A stretch of DNA of 64,000 nucleotides from the human T2T-CHM13v2.0 reference genome, Homo sapiens (GCF_009914755.1 NC_060935.1), one strand, 5' to 3'. Shown: positions 39,107 through 54,853, counted from the stretch's first letter. Notes: a model not told the origin generated them from the sequence alone. Numbers and translations are program-made.

Positions 39107-42100
39107 GTGAGATATATTATCTTAGTTTCTTCATGTGTATTAAAGATTGATTCCTATTGTTGTGGGCTATTTGTCTCTAGTGTCCACAATGGTGTCTTCA
39201 GTTGTGGTAATAAACACTATTACAAACTAACTTCTCACTGAATATATTTTCTTAGTGCACCTTCCCCTCAGGCACTTAGTGAATTAAAACATCACTTTGA
39301 TGTATACATCTTTTGCATATATCAGCATTTTGGGAGATTAAAAAAAAAAGAGCCAAAAAAGTCAAAAGAAACTGCAGCTGTTGAGTAAAATTGAAGGACA
39401 CCCCTGGGGTCAGTTAAAGTGAATATCTAATAAATCTTTTAATGGCCATTTAGCTATTAGGTAGTTAAATCCCAATGAAGCCTCATCACAGTTTTTAAAA
39501 CAGGGCTTGAAGTTTCATGGTTTTTTTTCTTTAAAGGCATAATGTCACTCCAATTCAATTGCCCCAAAGCATTCAGAATTTCTAAAATTTTGGTCTCTAA
39601 AAAAAATTCACTATGTCCTCATAACTATATATATCTACTATGTACCCACAAAAATTAAAAACAAAAAACTTTAAAAATACACTGTGTCGTTGATGCACTT
39701 ATTCTTATCTTCTTCGTTTTCCAACCTTGGAAAAAACAAACCAGCTATTTTTCTTCCCTGTGTTCTTGAGCATTCCTCCTACAAGTCATGGAACAGCAGA
39801 AAGATTACACTATAAATTCCTATCATCTACTTTTACCTGGATTCTCAGTACTGCCCAATTATTATTTTTTAATTGACTTCAAGTTGACCCTTATGTTATC
39901 CCACTTAATTTCTTTCATTTTTCTCAAGCCCTAAACCCCAGCATCCCTCCCCTTGCCAGCACTTTTTCATCTTTAATTAAAAAGTCCTTCTACTTTAAAA
40001 TATCTTAAAGAGCAGAAAAAAATTAAATCCGGGATCACAGCCCTAAAATCGGCTTATTATAAGATCTTTGTAGGAAGTCCTAGATTTTAATCTTTAAAAG
40101 TCCAGCACATTTTACATGCTTCTGAATAATACATAGTTTTTTAAAAAAACAAACTTACCATCACTAAGTAAGTTGGCCCTCTAGGAAAATGCACTGTGTT
40201 GTACTCCCAGGCTCTTGCAGTGGTACAACCAGACGGGCTTCAGAAATATCCTGACCTCATGGAAGATGCCGATAGATGTGCACTGTAATATACATGTGCT
40301 TTCACTGAAAATGAAGAGATTGAGTCACTAATATTCCATTCGACTGACTTTTCATGGGCTTTTGTGGGAGAACTACATTAATAAAAATTTTTCAGACAAA
40401 AAAAGCCTTAAGTTAGTATCAAGTACTTTGTGTATGCACATTTTACATTTAGGAAACTAAATATTTACATTATGTATATGTAATGAAATTATAGTGGAAA
40501 TTAGTAGCAAAATATTTTGATATGTTTGCACTTACACAAAAGTTTTTAAAGACTCTATGCAGATATACAGTTTAACTTGAAATAATTATAAAAACACTTC
40601 ATGTACCTGTTTTTACTTATAGCCATCTGATAAATTAATGTGTAAGAGATTGGCCCTTCCAGTTTTAGTCTGCAGGTAAACCTGTTTTACCTTTGAGGTG
40701 TTTAATAGAAGTATAGTAATAGCAGTGTACCACATGTAGTAGTCAAAGAACATGATCACTGATAACTGAAAACAGGCCTTGCCTGACTCATGTGTTTGCC
40801 CTGTGACCTTTAGGCAAGTTGTTTGCCTCACCAAGATTCCATGTTGTCATCAGTAAATGGGGTTTAAAATACCTTATATGTAACATTGTTGTTATGGTGA
40901 AAAAAATTTAGATGCACACTGAAGCGTTTAGGGATGAAAACACACGAGGTCTAGAAGTCACCTTAAAATATACCAACAAAAAAGGGTGAAGAGATAGGAG
41001 AAGTAAAGATGGACTAAGTTGATGGTAGTTAAACTGGGTGAAGGGTACATGGAGGTTTGTTTTACTCTGTGTGTATGAAAATCTTCATAATAAAAAGTTA
41101 AAACCGTTTTACAGGTGAAGGTCTCCAACATATAGTAATCACTAAAGACCATCTCCAATATTTATTAGAGGGCTTTTTAAAACATCTAATAATACAGCTA
41201 TCAAGAGAAACTAATTTTAATGACCCTGATCCACTCTAAACCTTAAAGATCCAGAAAAACTTTTCCAGCCATGAAGAACTTACTGTTGGAGGTCCAGGCA
41301 AATCTACAGACCCTCTGAAGCCTATCGTGACAACTCCAGTCTCTATAAAAACCCTTATGAAGCTCTCTAGGTCCCTGCATGGTTCCATACTATTGGATAT
41401 ATTGCGCTGACTCGCTAGTTGTGAAACCAGTACATCTGAGAAGAATAAGGAAGCCAGGATTGTCATAAGCACCTGCTGATATGTTTGTGACACACATTTC
41501 TAGCTATTCTTGGCCACGCTTCTACCTGTTGTAGTATTTATAAGAAGTTGAGGTTAATGCTTCTGCCTCTAAAACATCCTGGGGAATATTTATTTTCAAG
41601 ATTATTTGAGGTTAATGAGTAAGAAATGCTAAATATTTCTATTATCTAAAACCTGTGAACAGCTTAAGTCAATCTTGCCCAAAATTTGACTTCTAACTCC
41701 AAAGATTCCTTTTTAAATTAAAAGTAAACAGAAATTTTTTAAATCTAGATTGCATTAATTTGAAATGTTAGCTATTTTCTACTAGAACCTCATTTTATAA
41801 ATTTGCCATTATTGCTAAAGACCCTGTTTTTATGTACCTAATTTTTGTATGTCGAATGTCAGAATCGAAGTCAATAACTTTAAATGGACTATCTCCATTT
41901 ATCATAGTAAATATAGTCTGTTTATCATGAGCTACTGTTATATGTGGAGGGTCTTTCCATATTTCTTCTTCGGCCTTAATACCATCACTTAATATCAGGT
42001 CACCCACCTTTCATTAAAGTAAAAACTTCCTAATTTATAGCCTTCCTTCACTGATTGTTTAGGCACTTATGGATTTTAAAAACTAAAATTTCCTTAAATG

Positions 42101-43051
42101 TTCTTTAAAATTATTTCTGTATAGAAAATATGAAATGCCATGTTCTTCTCATTTTAACAAAATAAAGCTTTCATTCTCTAAATTAGCATTTGTTTTCCAG
42201 CATTGCCAATCCAGTCATTTCAACCATCTTCAAAACAATAGTAACCACTCTGACTATAATGAACTGTTCCAATTTGATATATTGTGGGAAATAGCTAAGA
42301 TAATCATAAAATCCTCTGCATGGCTTTTATGTGTCAGCATTATTGTACTTAACATACTGACATATTGTAAAATTATTTGTTTGTGTGTATAGTTCCCTAC
42401 TTTATTATATATTCCTTGATTTTTTCTTTCAAAAATTTTTTTAAATTATGAAATAGTTCCAGATTTTCTTCTTTCCACAGAACCTGGTGGACATTAACTG
42501 CTAAATAAATATTACTGAATTGAGGGTTGAAAACATCACTACATTCATGCCATGTTTCTATATGCAATAATATACAGCCATGGACTTAGTAGCTATAAAG
42601 TTTGTTTCCAACCATGTTGTTTTCTTTACAACATTTTTTGAGAATGTTTAAATTCTAGGAAATGCCAATACTGTACCATGTTTTTGTTCGTACATTCATG
42701 TAATATAAGTGGCACCTGGCACTTTGTCAGGCACTGTGAATGGTACAAAAGTAATAAAGAGCCCTTACCCTCAAGTTGTTTAAAGCCTGGACAGAAAGAT
42801 AGGATATAAATGGTCAGCCCTAGGCAAAATGGAGAAGCAGCGATGTCTTCTTTGGCATCCCCAGAGCTATATCCTTTGCTCATGTTATTAAGATATGAAC
42901 AGATAATCATGCTGTATAACTGCACTACTTGAGCAAAAACTTGAAGAACTGATCCTGCTTTATCAACCTGCTTCTACCATTTCTTTCCCAGTTATACCAA
43001 TTGGTACTGCCTAAATGAGGCCTGGCCATGGCCACAAGGGGCAAAGTCACT

Positions 43052-44145
<1,094 letters not shown>

Positions 44146-44566
44146 TCACTAAATAAGTCCAAGCCCCACCCTCTAAAAAAACAAGAGGAGAAATTTGGCA
44201 ACTGAGTGAATGAAGGAAAAAATATTTCGTGTCAAGAAATAGAAAGAAAGTAGTGGCAAATGCAAAAAAAAAAAAAAGTTGTTTGAAATTCCCTTATTAG
44301 TAATAAGTATTTGTTATAAGACAGACTTTTTACATTTTTAACAATAAGTGACAAATTCTGTATTTTCCTAGCAAAAATTAGAGATGGTAAAAAATCCAAC
44401 ATGAATGATTTGACACCTTTTCTTTTGTTTGTTTTCCCTAATAGGTAAAGAATGGATTTACTTTTTTTTTCTCAGAATGAAGATGTACAAATGAAAGAAG
44501 CCTTATTTGCTGTACTTTAAAATGAATAACATTTTTAAATATGTTTGTCTCCCCACTTTTTAAAAG

Positions 44567-44680
44567 GAATTTAGAGCAAAGTCAAGAGAATGGGACAAGC
44601 AAGAGATATTATATCAGACTCATCTGATTTCTTTAGATGCTCAACAAAAATTATTATCTGAGAAGTGTAATCAGTTTCAG
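44567..44680 (+). CDS. DEUP1: DEUP1 coding exon 5 (EFRAKSREWDKQEILYQTHLISLDAQQKLLSEKCNQFQ)
   Basis: Acceptor tttttaaaag| (AAG type), donor CAG|gtaagt, 114 nt, phase 0-0. Confidence 0.94.
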
Positions 44681-45534
44681 GTAAGTTATCTAATACTATT
44701 CTCTAAATCAAAAGCAGAAGTTAAATATTGGTATCTTTACCATTCACCAGTAATCTATTTACAAACAGACATGCCAACTAAGAAAAAATAACGAGAGTAG
44801 GTCCAAAGGTGGGTACAGTCACAAGTGCATAGAATATCTGTTAATGGTGAGTTTAGTCTACATGTCTCAAAGGATGGAGCTATTTAAAATTCCATTGTTA
44901 TTGTGTCATTAAATAGCATATGTTTTTGCATGCCTACAGGCAAGGCACTCAAAGAATTTACGATTGCTTGCTTTACTTTGTATTTCCCTGGCTACTTGTA
45001 AGACTGAACATCTCCTCATATACTTTTTAGCCTATCTCAGGTCTTTCTGTGAATTGCCTATTCATAAACTTTGCCCATTTTTCTTTTGCATTGTTTGCCC
45101 TTTTCTTATTGATGTGTAGAAGTGTTTGTACACTAGGAATTATTAACTCTGTTACATGCACTGACAACTTTTCCCCTACAATCAAATTGTTTGTTTTTAT
45201 TTATTTTTGGTTATAGACTTTTTTCAACCATTGTATAATTGAATTTTTTACACCTTCTAGATTTTTTTTCTTGCTTAGTATGGCTTTACTACCACTAACC
45301 TCCTTCTCTACTCTACATCTTTGCTCTGAGGTTATACAAATATATTTTCTCTATATGCCATCTGAAATTGAAATTTTAAAACAAATATAAGACTGAATTA
45401 CAAAGACCCAACTTTCATTATGTAGTAACATATTTAAAGATATTCCTACTAATTCTTTTCTATCATTCTTGAACTTCATGTAAGCTTAAATATGACATTC
45501 TTCATTTGAGTTACACAGTTTTTATATTTTTCAG

Positions 45535-45777
45535 AAACAGGCACAAAGTTACCAAACTCAACTAAATGGTAAAAAACAGTGCTTAGAAGACAGCAGCTCT
45601 GAAATTCCTCGTTTGATATGTGACCCAGATCCCAATTGTGAAATCAATGAAAGAGATGAGTTCATTATTGAAAAACTGAAATCAGCTGTAAATGAGATAG
45701 CACTAAGCAGGAATAAATTACAAGATGAAAATCAGAAGCTCTTGCAAGAACTGAAAATGTACCAAAGACAGTGCCAG
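45535..45777 (+). CDS. DEUP1: DEUP1 coding exon 6 (KQAQSYQTQLNG...LLQELKMYQRQCQ)
   Basis: tttttcag| acceptor, CAG|gtgaag donor, 243 nt, phase 0-0. Overlaps ORF 45613..45831. Confidence 0.95.
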
Positions 45778-46320
45778 GTGAAGATTAATTTTTTTTCAAC
45801 TAATATTGTCCATGACTTGTATAAATGGTAACACATATAGAGATTAGAATGATTAGAATGGTAGTTTTCTATTATTAATATATGTGAAGATTCCATTCAT
45901 ATTTCCTCTTAGTAATTCGCACTTGATGCGTAGATTCAATAATCCCATAAGTATGTTACCACACTTAGAGTGCACTTTGGTTCTGCGGTGGCATAATAAT
46001 AATGTATTACCAGTGCAATATAATAGTGGTCACTTACGGACCTCTATGCCTTTAGCCATGTACTACCCTCTTCCCCCACTATTTTCTCTTACCCTGTGTT
46101 TCTTTGACTCAGAAGAATCCTGGGTTAAAGATACAGGAAATCGTGAAGGGTTCAACAATTTAGTAACCTCAGTGAGAGCTATGGAGATGACTCCAGTGAT
46201 TTATCACTGGTAATCTTATCATAATCATTTATCAAACAGTAACCTAGAATTTATTTTTAGGTAACTTTCACATTGACAAATATGATTGATGGTTTAACAA
46301 GCATTAATTTTTTTTCTTAA

Positions 46321-46724
<404 letters not shown>

Positions 46725-48067
46725 CAAAATATGTATTTCTTATTCATCAGTACTTGAGACGTTCTTTTATCTCCCATTTTAGGTTTTTTCTCCCACCTCC
46801 AAATATTCAGCCTGTTTCTATCACTTCCTCCATGACAGTTGGCCGATATCTTTTCCCCACTCTATTCCCTCGTCTACCTAGCATACATGATTGAGGTAAG
46901 GTCACTGCCTGAGAACTTCCATTTCATTTCCTTGAGATATACCACCCCAAGATCTTTTGCCACTTAAACTCCCAGGGTCATTTCTTAGTCCTCAGCCAAC
47001 TCCTCATTCCCCCACCGTGCCACATCATATTTGGGATTATATAGGGAGTTAGTCCTTTAACTTCTTTCTCTGCCAGCATCTACTGTTCTATGTTCCTCTT
47101 TCCCCATGCTTGGTAAGGGACAGAATTCAAGGCTCCCAGTCTCTCCCATTCAGAGGCAATTGTAAGACATACATATTCCCCACTTCAAACTCCAGCTTTA
47201 AGGAGGGAGGTCTTATTCTAATACAAGTTAGAATACAGATGTAAACCAATAAAGAAAGCTAATCTACAAACACTAAATGCAGAGGAAGCCAGAAACAGTC
47301 TGGAAATAGCAAAGGTATTGATGGTGTTTTCTCTGGCTTCATTCTAATATAAATGAGGTTAGCACTCATTCATCTGCTCTAGAGGGTGCCTAGGGGCTTC
47401 TAAGTGCTTAGCATCAGCCCACCTCCGACTGTCTGAGCTGTGTTTGCATGACTGCGGGTCATGCAGTGATGGGGTCTTTCCTTCTCAGAGGCTGCTGCCT
47501 TTTGCTTCGCTAAGTATATGACAACTGGTCATGCTTTCTATTTAAAGGCAACCTATACTTACATTTTGCAGCTGTCTTTGTACTGCTGGAATCTGCATCA
47601 GAATCACATTCAGTAAATAAGAAAATTGTTGTTCTTGGTACTTCCCAAGTATTCTCCTCTAGGCTTGGGGTCATCCAGTGCCAACCAAAGCATTCTCTGC
47701 TTTGTCCCTTCTTCTTTTGGCAGGGGAACAGGTGGTGGTGGTTGGTTACATAAATAAGTTCTTTACTGGTGATTTCTGAGATTTTGATGCACCCATCACC
47801 TGAACAGTTTACACTGTACCCAATTTGTAGTATTTTATCCTTCACCACCCCCAACCCTTTCCCCTGAGTCCCCCAACATCATTCTTATGCCTTTGAAGCC
47901 TAATAGCTTAGCTCCTACTTATGCGTGAGAACGTAAGTAGGAGCAATAACAAAATGATGTTTCGTTTTCCATTCCTGAGTTACTTCACTTAGAATAATGG
48001 TCTTTAATTCCATCCAGGTTGCTGCAAATGCCATTATTTTGTTTCTTTCTATGGCTGTGTAGTATTC

Positions 48068-48157
48068 ATATATATATACATATATATATACGTATATATA
48101 TTTATATATGTATATATATATGTGTGTATATATATATATATATATACGTATATATAT
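48068..48157. repeat. (TA)n-rich microsatellite inside the L1 3' region
   Basis: Imperfect TA dinucleotide run. Confidence 0.9.
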
Positions 48158-50440
48158 GCCACATTTTCTTTATCCACTCATTGATTGATAGGCATTTGGG
48201 CTGGTTCTATATTTTTGCAATTGCAAATTGTGCTGCTATAAACATGCATGTGCAAGTATCTTTTTCATATAATGACTTCTTTTCCTCTGGGTAAATACCT
48301 AGTAGTTAGATTGCTGGATCAAATGGTAGATCTACCTTGAGTTCTTTAAGGAATCTCCACATTGTTTTCCATAGTGGTTATACTAGTTTACATTCCCACC
48401 AGCAGGGTAAAAGTGTTACCTTTTCACCACAACCATACCAACATCTATTATTTTTTTGATTATGGCCAGTCTTGCAGGAGTAAGGTGGTATTGCATTGTG
48501 GTTTTGATTTGCATTTCCCTGATCATTAGTGACGTTGAGCATTTTTTCATGTGTTTGTTGGCCATTTGTATATCTTCTTTTGAGAATTGTCATTCATGTC
48601 CTTAGCCCACTTTTTGATGGGATTGTTTGTTTTTTTCTTCCTGATTTGTTTGATCTCCTTATCAATCCTGGATATTAGTCCTTTGTCAGATGCATAGTTT
48701 GTGAAGATTTTCTCCCACTCTGTGGGTTATGTGTTTACTGATTATTTATTTTGCTGTGTAGAAGCTCTTTAGTTTAATTAGGTCCCGTCTATGTATCCTT
48801 GTTTTTGTTGCATTTGCTTTTGGGTCCTTGGTCATGAAGTCTTTGCCTATGCCAATGTCTAGAAGGGTTTTTCCAACGTTATCTTCTAGAATCTTTATGG
48901 TTTCAGGTCTTAGATTTAAGTCTTTGATCCATCTTTAGTTGATTTTTGTATAAAGTGAGAGATAAGGATCCAGCTTCATTCTTCTCCAATTATTCTTGCC
49001 AATTATTCCAACACCATTTGTTGAACAGGGTGTTCTTTCCAGACTTTATGTTTTTGTTTGCTTTGTCAAAGATCAGTTGGCTGTAAGTATTTGGGTTTAT
49101 TTCTGGGTTCTCTATTGTGTTCCATTGGTTTCTGTGCCTATTTTTATACCAGTACCATGCTGTTTTGGTGACTATAGCATTATAGTATAGGGTATTTGGT
49201 AATTTGATGCCTCCAGATTTGTTCTTTTTGCTTAGTCATGCTTTAGCTATGCAGGCTCTTTTTTTGGTTCCATATGAATTCTAAGAATTTTTTTCTAATT
49301 CAGTGAAGAATTATGGTGGTATTTTGATGGGAATTTCATTGAATTTGAAGATTGATTTTGGGAGTATGGTCATTTTCACAATATTGATTCTACCCATCCA
49401 TGAGCATGGGATGTGTTTCCATTTGTTTGTGTCATCTGTGATTTTTTTCAGCTGCGTTTTGTAGTTTTCCTTGTAGAGGTTTTTCACATCCTTGGGTAGG
49501 TATATTCCTAAGTATTTCTTTTTCTTTTCTTTTTTTTTTTTTTGCACTATTGTAAAAGAGGTTGAGTCTTTATTTGATTTTCAGCTTGGTCACTGTTGGT
49601 GTATAGCAGTGCTACTGATTTTTGTACATTGATTTTGTATCCTGAAACTTTACTGAATTCATTTGTCAGTTCTAGGAGCTTTTTGGATGAATCTTTAGAG
49701 TTTTCTAGGTATATGATCATGTCATCAGTCAACAGAGATAGTTTGACTTCTTTTTTACTGATTTGGATGCCCTTTATTTCTTTCTCTTGTCTGATTGCTC
49801 TGGCTAGGACTTTCAGTACTATGTTGAATAGAAGTGCTGAGAGTGGGCATCCTTGTCTTCTTCCAGTTCTCAGGAAGAATGCTTTCCCCATTCAATATAA
49901 TGTTGGCTGTGGGTTTGTCGTAGATGGCTTTTATTACCTTAAGGTATGTCCTTTCCATGCCAATTTTGCTGAGGGTTTTAATCATAAAAGGATGCTGGAT
50001 TTTGTCACATAATTTTTCTGTGTCTATTGAGATGATCATGTGATTTTTGTTTTTAATTCTGTTTATGAGGTGTATTGCATTTATTGACTTGCATATGTTA
50101 AACCATCCCTGCATCCCTCATTTGAAACCCACTTGATCATGGTGGATTATCTTTGTGATATGCTGTTGGATTCAGTTAGCTAGTATTTTGTCCAGGGTTT
50201 TTGCATCTATGTTCATCAGGGATATTGGTCTGTAGTTTTCTTTTTCTCTTATATCCTTTCCTGGTTTTGATATTAGGGTGATACTGGCTTCACAGAATGA
50301 TTGAAGGTAGGATTCCCTCTTTCTCTATCTTTTAGAATAGTGTCAGTAAAATTGGTACCAATTCTTCTTTGAATGTTTGATAGAATTTAGCTGTGAATCT
50401 GTCTGGTCCTGGACTTTTTTGTTGGCAATTTTCATATTAC

Positions 50441-50738
50441 TGTTTTGTTTTGTTTTGTTTTTTAAACAGTGTCTCACTCTGTTCCCCAGGCTGGAGTGCA
50501 GTGGTGCAGTTTCGGCTCACTGCAACCTCTGCCTCCCTGGTTCAAGCAATTCTTCTACCTCAGCCTCCTGAGAGCTGGGTTTACAGGTGCCTACCACCAC
50601 ACCCAGGTAATTTTTGTATTTTTTAGTGTATTTTTGTGTTGTTGGCCAGGCTGGTCTCGAACTCCTGAGCTCAAATGATCTGCCCGCCTTGGCCTGCCAA
50701 AGCGCTGGCATTACAGGCATGAGCCACTGCACCCGGCC
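50441..50738 (-). mobile_element. Alu (J/S) inside L1
   Basis: Antisense Alu with a (GTTTT)n tail and flanking atattac repeat. Confidence 0.87.
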
Positions 50739-53700
50739 TATATTACCATTTCAATCTCCCTGCTTGCTCTCGTTCTTTTCAGAGTTTCTGTTTCTTCTAG
50801 GAGTTTAATCTAGGAGGGTTTAATCTAGGAGGGTTTACTCTGGGAGGGTTGTATATTTCCGGGAATTTGTCATCTTTTCTAGGTTTTCTACTTTGTGCTT
50901 GTAAAGGTGTTCATAGTAGCCTTGAATGATCTTTTGTATTTCAGTAGTATCGGTTTGAATATCTCCTGTTTCATTTCTAATTGAGCTTATTTGGATCTTC
51001 TCTCTTCTTTTCTTGGTTAATCTTGCTAATGGTCTATTGATTTCATTCACCTTTTCAAAGAGCCATCTTTTTGTTTCATTATCTGTTGAATTTTTTTTGT
51101 TTCAATTTCATTTAGTTCTGCTCTGATCTTTGTTATTTATTTTCTTTTATTGGGTTTGAGTTTGGTTTGTTATTGTTTCTCTGGTGTCTTGAAGTGTGAT
51201 CTTAGGTTTGCTATTTGAGTTCTTTCAGACTTTTTGATGTAGACATTCAATGCTATGAACTTTCCTCTTAGTACTGCTTTTGCTGTATCCCAGAGGTTTT
51301 GATAGGCTGTGTTACTATTATCGTTCAGTTCAAAGAATTTTTTAATTTCCATCTTGATTTCATTGTTGACCCAATGATCATTTGGGAGCAGGTTATTTAA
51401 TTTCCATGTATTTGCATGGTTTTAAGAGTTCCTTTTGGAGTTGATTTCCAATTTTATCCCACTGTGGTCTGAGAGAGTACTTGCTATAATTTCAGTTTTC
51501 TTAAATATGTTGAGACTTGTTTTGTAGCCTATCTTATGTTCTTTCTTGTAGAATGTTCCATGTGCTGATGAATAGAATATATATTTGCAGTTGTTGCATA
51601 GACTGTAAATATCTGTTAGCTCCATTTGTTCTAGGGTATCATTTAAGTCCATTGTTTCTTGGTTGACTTTCTGTCTTGATGACCTGTCTAGTGCTGTCAG
51701 TGGAGTATTGAAGTCCCCCACTATTACTGTGTTGCTGTCTATCTCATTTCTTAGGTCTAGTGGTAATTGTTTTATAAATTTGGGAGCTCCAGTGTTAGGT
51801 GCATATATGTTTAGGATTGTGATATTTTCCTGTTGGACTAGTCCTTTTATCATTATATAATGTCCCTTTTTGCCTTTTTTAACTGTTGTTGCTTTAAAAT
51901 CTGTTTTATCTGATGTAAGAGTAGCTGCTCCTGCTTGCTTTTGGTGTCCATTTGCATGGAATATCTTTGTCTGCCCCTTTACCTTAAGTTTGTGTGAGTC
52001 CTTATGTGTCAGGTGAGTCTCTTGAAGACAGCAGGTACTTGGTTGGTGAATTCTTATCCATTCTGCCACTCTGTATCTTTTAAGTGGAGCATTTAGGCCA
52101 TTTACATTCAACGTTAGTATTTGGAAGTGAGGTACTATTATATTCATCATGCTAGTTGTTGCCTGAATACTTATTTTTTTCATTGCATTATGGTTTTATA
52201 GGTCCTGTGAGATGTATGCTTCAAGGAGGTTCTATATTGGTGTATGTTGAGGATTTCTTTCAAGATTTAGAGTGCCTTTTAATGTTGGCTTGGTAGTGGT
52301 GAATTCTCTCAGCATTTGTTTGTCTGGAAAAGACTGTATCTTTCCTTCATTTATGAAGCTTAGTTTCACTGGATACAAAATTCTTAGCTGATAATTGTTT
52401 CGTTTAAGGAGCCTAAAGATAGGATCCCAATCCCTTTCAGCTTGTAGGATTTCTGCTGAGAAATCTGCTGTTAATCTGATAGGTTTTTTTTTTAATAGGT
52501 TACCTGATGCTTTTGCCTCACAGCTCTTAAGATTCTTTCCTTTATCTTGACTTTAGATCACCTGACGACTATGTGCCTAGGCAATGATCTTTTTGTGATG
52601 AATTTCCCAGGTGTTCTTTGAGCTTCTTGTATTTGGATGTCTAGATCTCTAGCAAGGCCAGGGAAGTTTTCCTCAATTATTCCCTCAAATATGTTTTCCA
52701 AACATTTAGATTTCTCTTCTTCCTCAGGAACACCAATTATTCTCAGGTTTGGTTGCTTAACATGATCCCAAACTTCTTGGAGGCTTTGTTCATTTTTTTA
52801 AATTCTTTTTTGTCTTTGTCAGATTGGGTTAATTTGAAAGCCTTGTTTTCAAGCTCTGAAGTTCTTTCTTCTGCTTGTCCAGTTCTATTACTGAGACTTT
52901 CCAGTGTATTTTTGAATTTCTCTAAGTGTGTCCTTCATTTCCAGAAGTTGTGATTTTTTTAATTTATGCTATCTATTTCTCTTTTTTGATTTCTTAAAGT
53001 TGGTATTCACCTTTCTCTGGTGCCTCCTTTAGTAGGTTAATAATTGACCTTCTGAATTATTTTTCTGGCAATTCAGAGATTTCTCCTTGTTTTTGATCCA
53101 TTGCTGGCGAGCTAGTGTGATCTTTCAGGGTTGCTGAAGAACCTTGTTTTGTCATATTACCAGAATTGTTTTTCTGGTTCCTTCTTATTTGGGTAGACTA
53201 TGTCAGATGGAAGATCTGGGGCTCAAGGGCTGTTGTTCAGACTCTTTTGTCCCATGGGGTGCTCCCTTGATGTGGTGCTCTCCCACTTTCCCTAGGGATG
53301 GATTCTCTTGGCCCTCCTGGCATGTTCCTACAGTAGTTCTTGGAGCAAAAGTTCATGATGTGTCTCTCCAGACACTGCTATGTCTGTCCAAGTGGGAGCT
53401 GCAAGTTAGTCCTGCCTCCCATCTGCCATTTTTCCCTGCTTTTTCTCTTCTTTAAGTCTTTTTGGATTTGATCCATACAAATCAATGTTCTGCTCAGGCT
53501 CATTTTGCTCTGTTCTATTTAGTTTGCCTGAAACATATTTCACTAGTAGGCCCAGTTATCAAGTCTGGTTCTACCCTTCAGTGAAGTTCACCTTCTTCAC
53601 TAACATCAGTTCCTTTTAATATCCCCAAAAATAATTCTATTGGGGCCATTTACAGGATCCAAGAGCGGCCCTTTTTCAGGCTGAGAGTCAGCTTTTGTTT

Positions 53701-54504
53701 TTGGCTCACTTGTGGGATAGAAGTGGCTACTTTTACACCTGTATTCTTTGGGGAAAAAAAGATCCTCTGTACCTCTTTCTTGGCAGTATGACTGACTTTC
53801 TCTATAATGCTTTCCTTGATGAACTCCACCTTTCTCCTCCTCAGAACTTTATTGTTTATATTTTTCCAGGAAGTAGAATGGAGAATCTTGTTAAAAGAAA
53901 AAATGCTGCAAACAGGGAAAGACTGTACATTGAGGAACATTATTATAACATTCCTAGCTAGGATCACCATCTCTACTCTCCCTCCAAATAAATGCCTTAA
54001 GCCTATGCTTCTCACACTTATCACAATGACACACTCCTGGTGGCAAGGAGAGGGACAGTGCATGCAACTTGGGAGTCAATGTGTAGCAGGAAGTAAGAAG
54101 AATCAAACCAGCTGCTGGCCAAGGTTGCCCTGTCATTTACTGATATTATTTAATTAACTTACTCTTCTGACCCAAGTTCAACAGGATGTAACTTACCACA
54201 CTTCTTCCTACTCCGCAAAGATTTCTACAGACTTCTAGGGGCTTACATGCACACCTGAGAAGGCTCTGTGGGTTGCCTGGGCTAAGGAAAGTCCATGTTA
54301 CCTATTTTGATTTTTTCTTATGGTATTTATATATTAATGTACTTAATAATTTATTAATGTTCCTGAATATAACTAACAAAATTAAAATCCAGCTACTCAT
54401 AGAAGTCAATATAATTGTGAAGTCTTTTTACTTATACTAAAGGTTGCAAAACAGCAGTACTCATTGCCTAATTTTTATGACTTTCATTTAAATTAGTGGC
54501 TCTA

Positions 54505-54705
54505 TACTGCAGTGATTTTTCCTTCCACGTGATATTTGGCAATGCCTGGATACATGTTTGGTCACCACAACAAGGAAAGGAGTGTGACCAGCATCTAGTG
54601 GGTAGAGGCCAGAGATGCTGTTAAACACCCTACAGTGCACAAGACAACCCTACAACAGAGAATTGCCCAGTCCCAAATGTCAATAGTGCTAAAATTGATC
54701 AACCC
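54505..54705. mobile_element. MER20 (hAT-Charlie)
   Basis: atttggcaatgcctgga...gcatctagtgggtagaggccagagatgctg...aaatgtcaatagtgc matches the recalled MER20 sequence. Confidence 0.8.
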
Positions 54706-54853
54706 TTTTGTAATTTTGAAGTGAGTCATTTTTCTCATATTCTTCACTAGTAATTCTCTAACTTCATTTTGTGATGTTTTCCGTAGCTAATAACAACTAC
54801 CTGTGTGGCTTGCATTTGTGACTCACATTATATTTTTAGTGGATAGAACTTGA

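Larger units (their letters stand above)
47714..53435 (-). mobile_element. Near-full-length degenerate L1 (L1PB-like), antisense to DEUP1
   Basis: Endonuclease ORF 51422..52183 (LTLNVNGLN, CCLQETH, GDFNTPL, LSDH), RT fragments ([24 protein letters not shown]) and an L1 5' terminus near 53435. Degenerate TSD ctgcttt(g/t)tc(c/t)cttctt at 47697-47713 and 53436-53452. Confidence 0.9.

Noticed and set aside
51422-52183. 253-aa ORF with an APE-type endonuclease domain (longest ORF in the window)
   Set aside because: It is the start of L1 ORF2 in a degenerate L1. The downstream RT is fragmented by stops, frameshifts and an Alu, so it is neither a host gene nor an active element.
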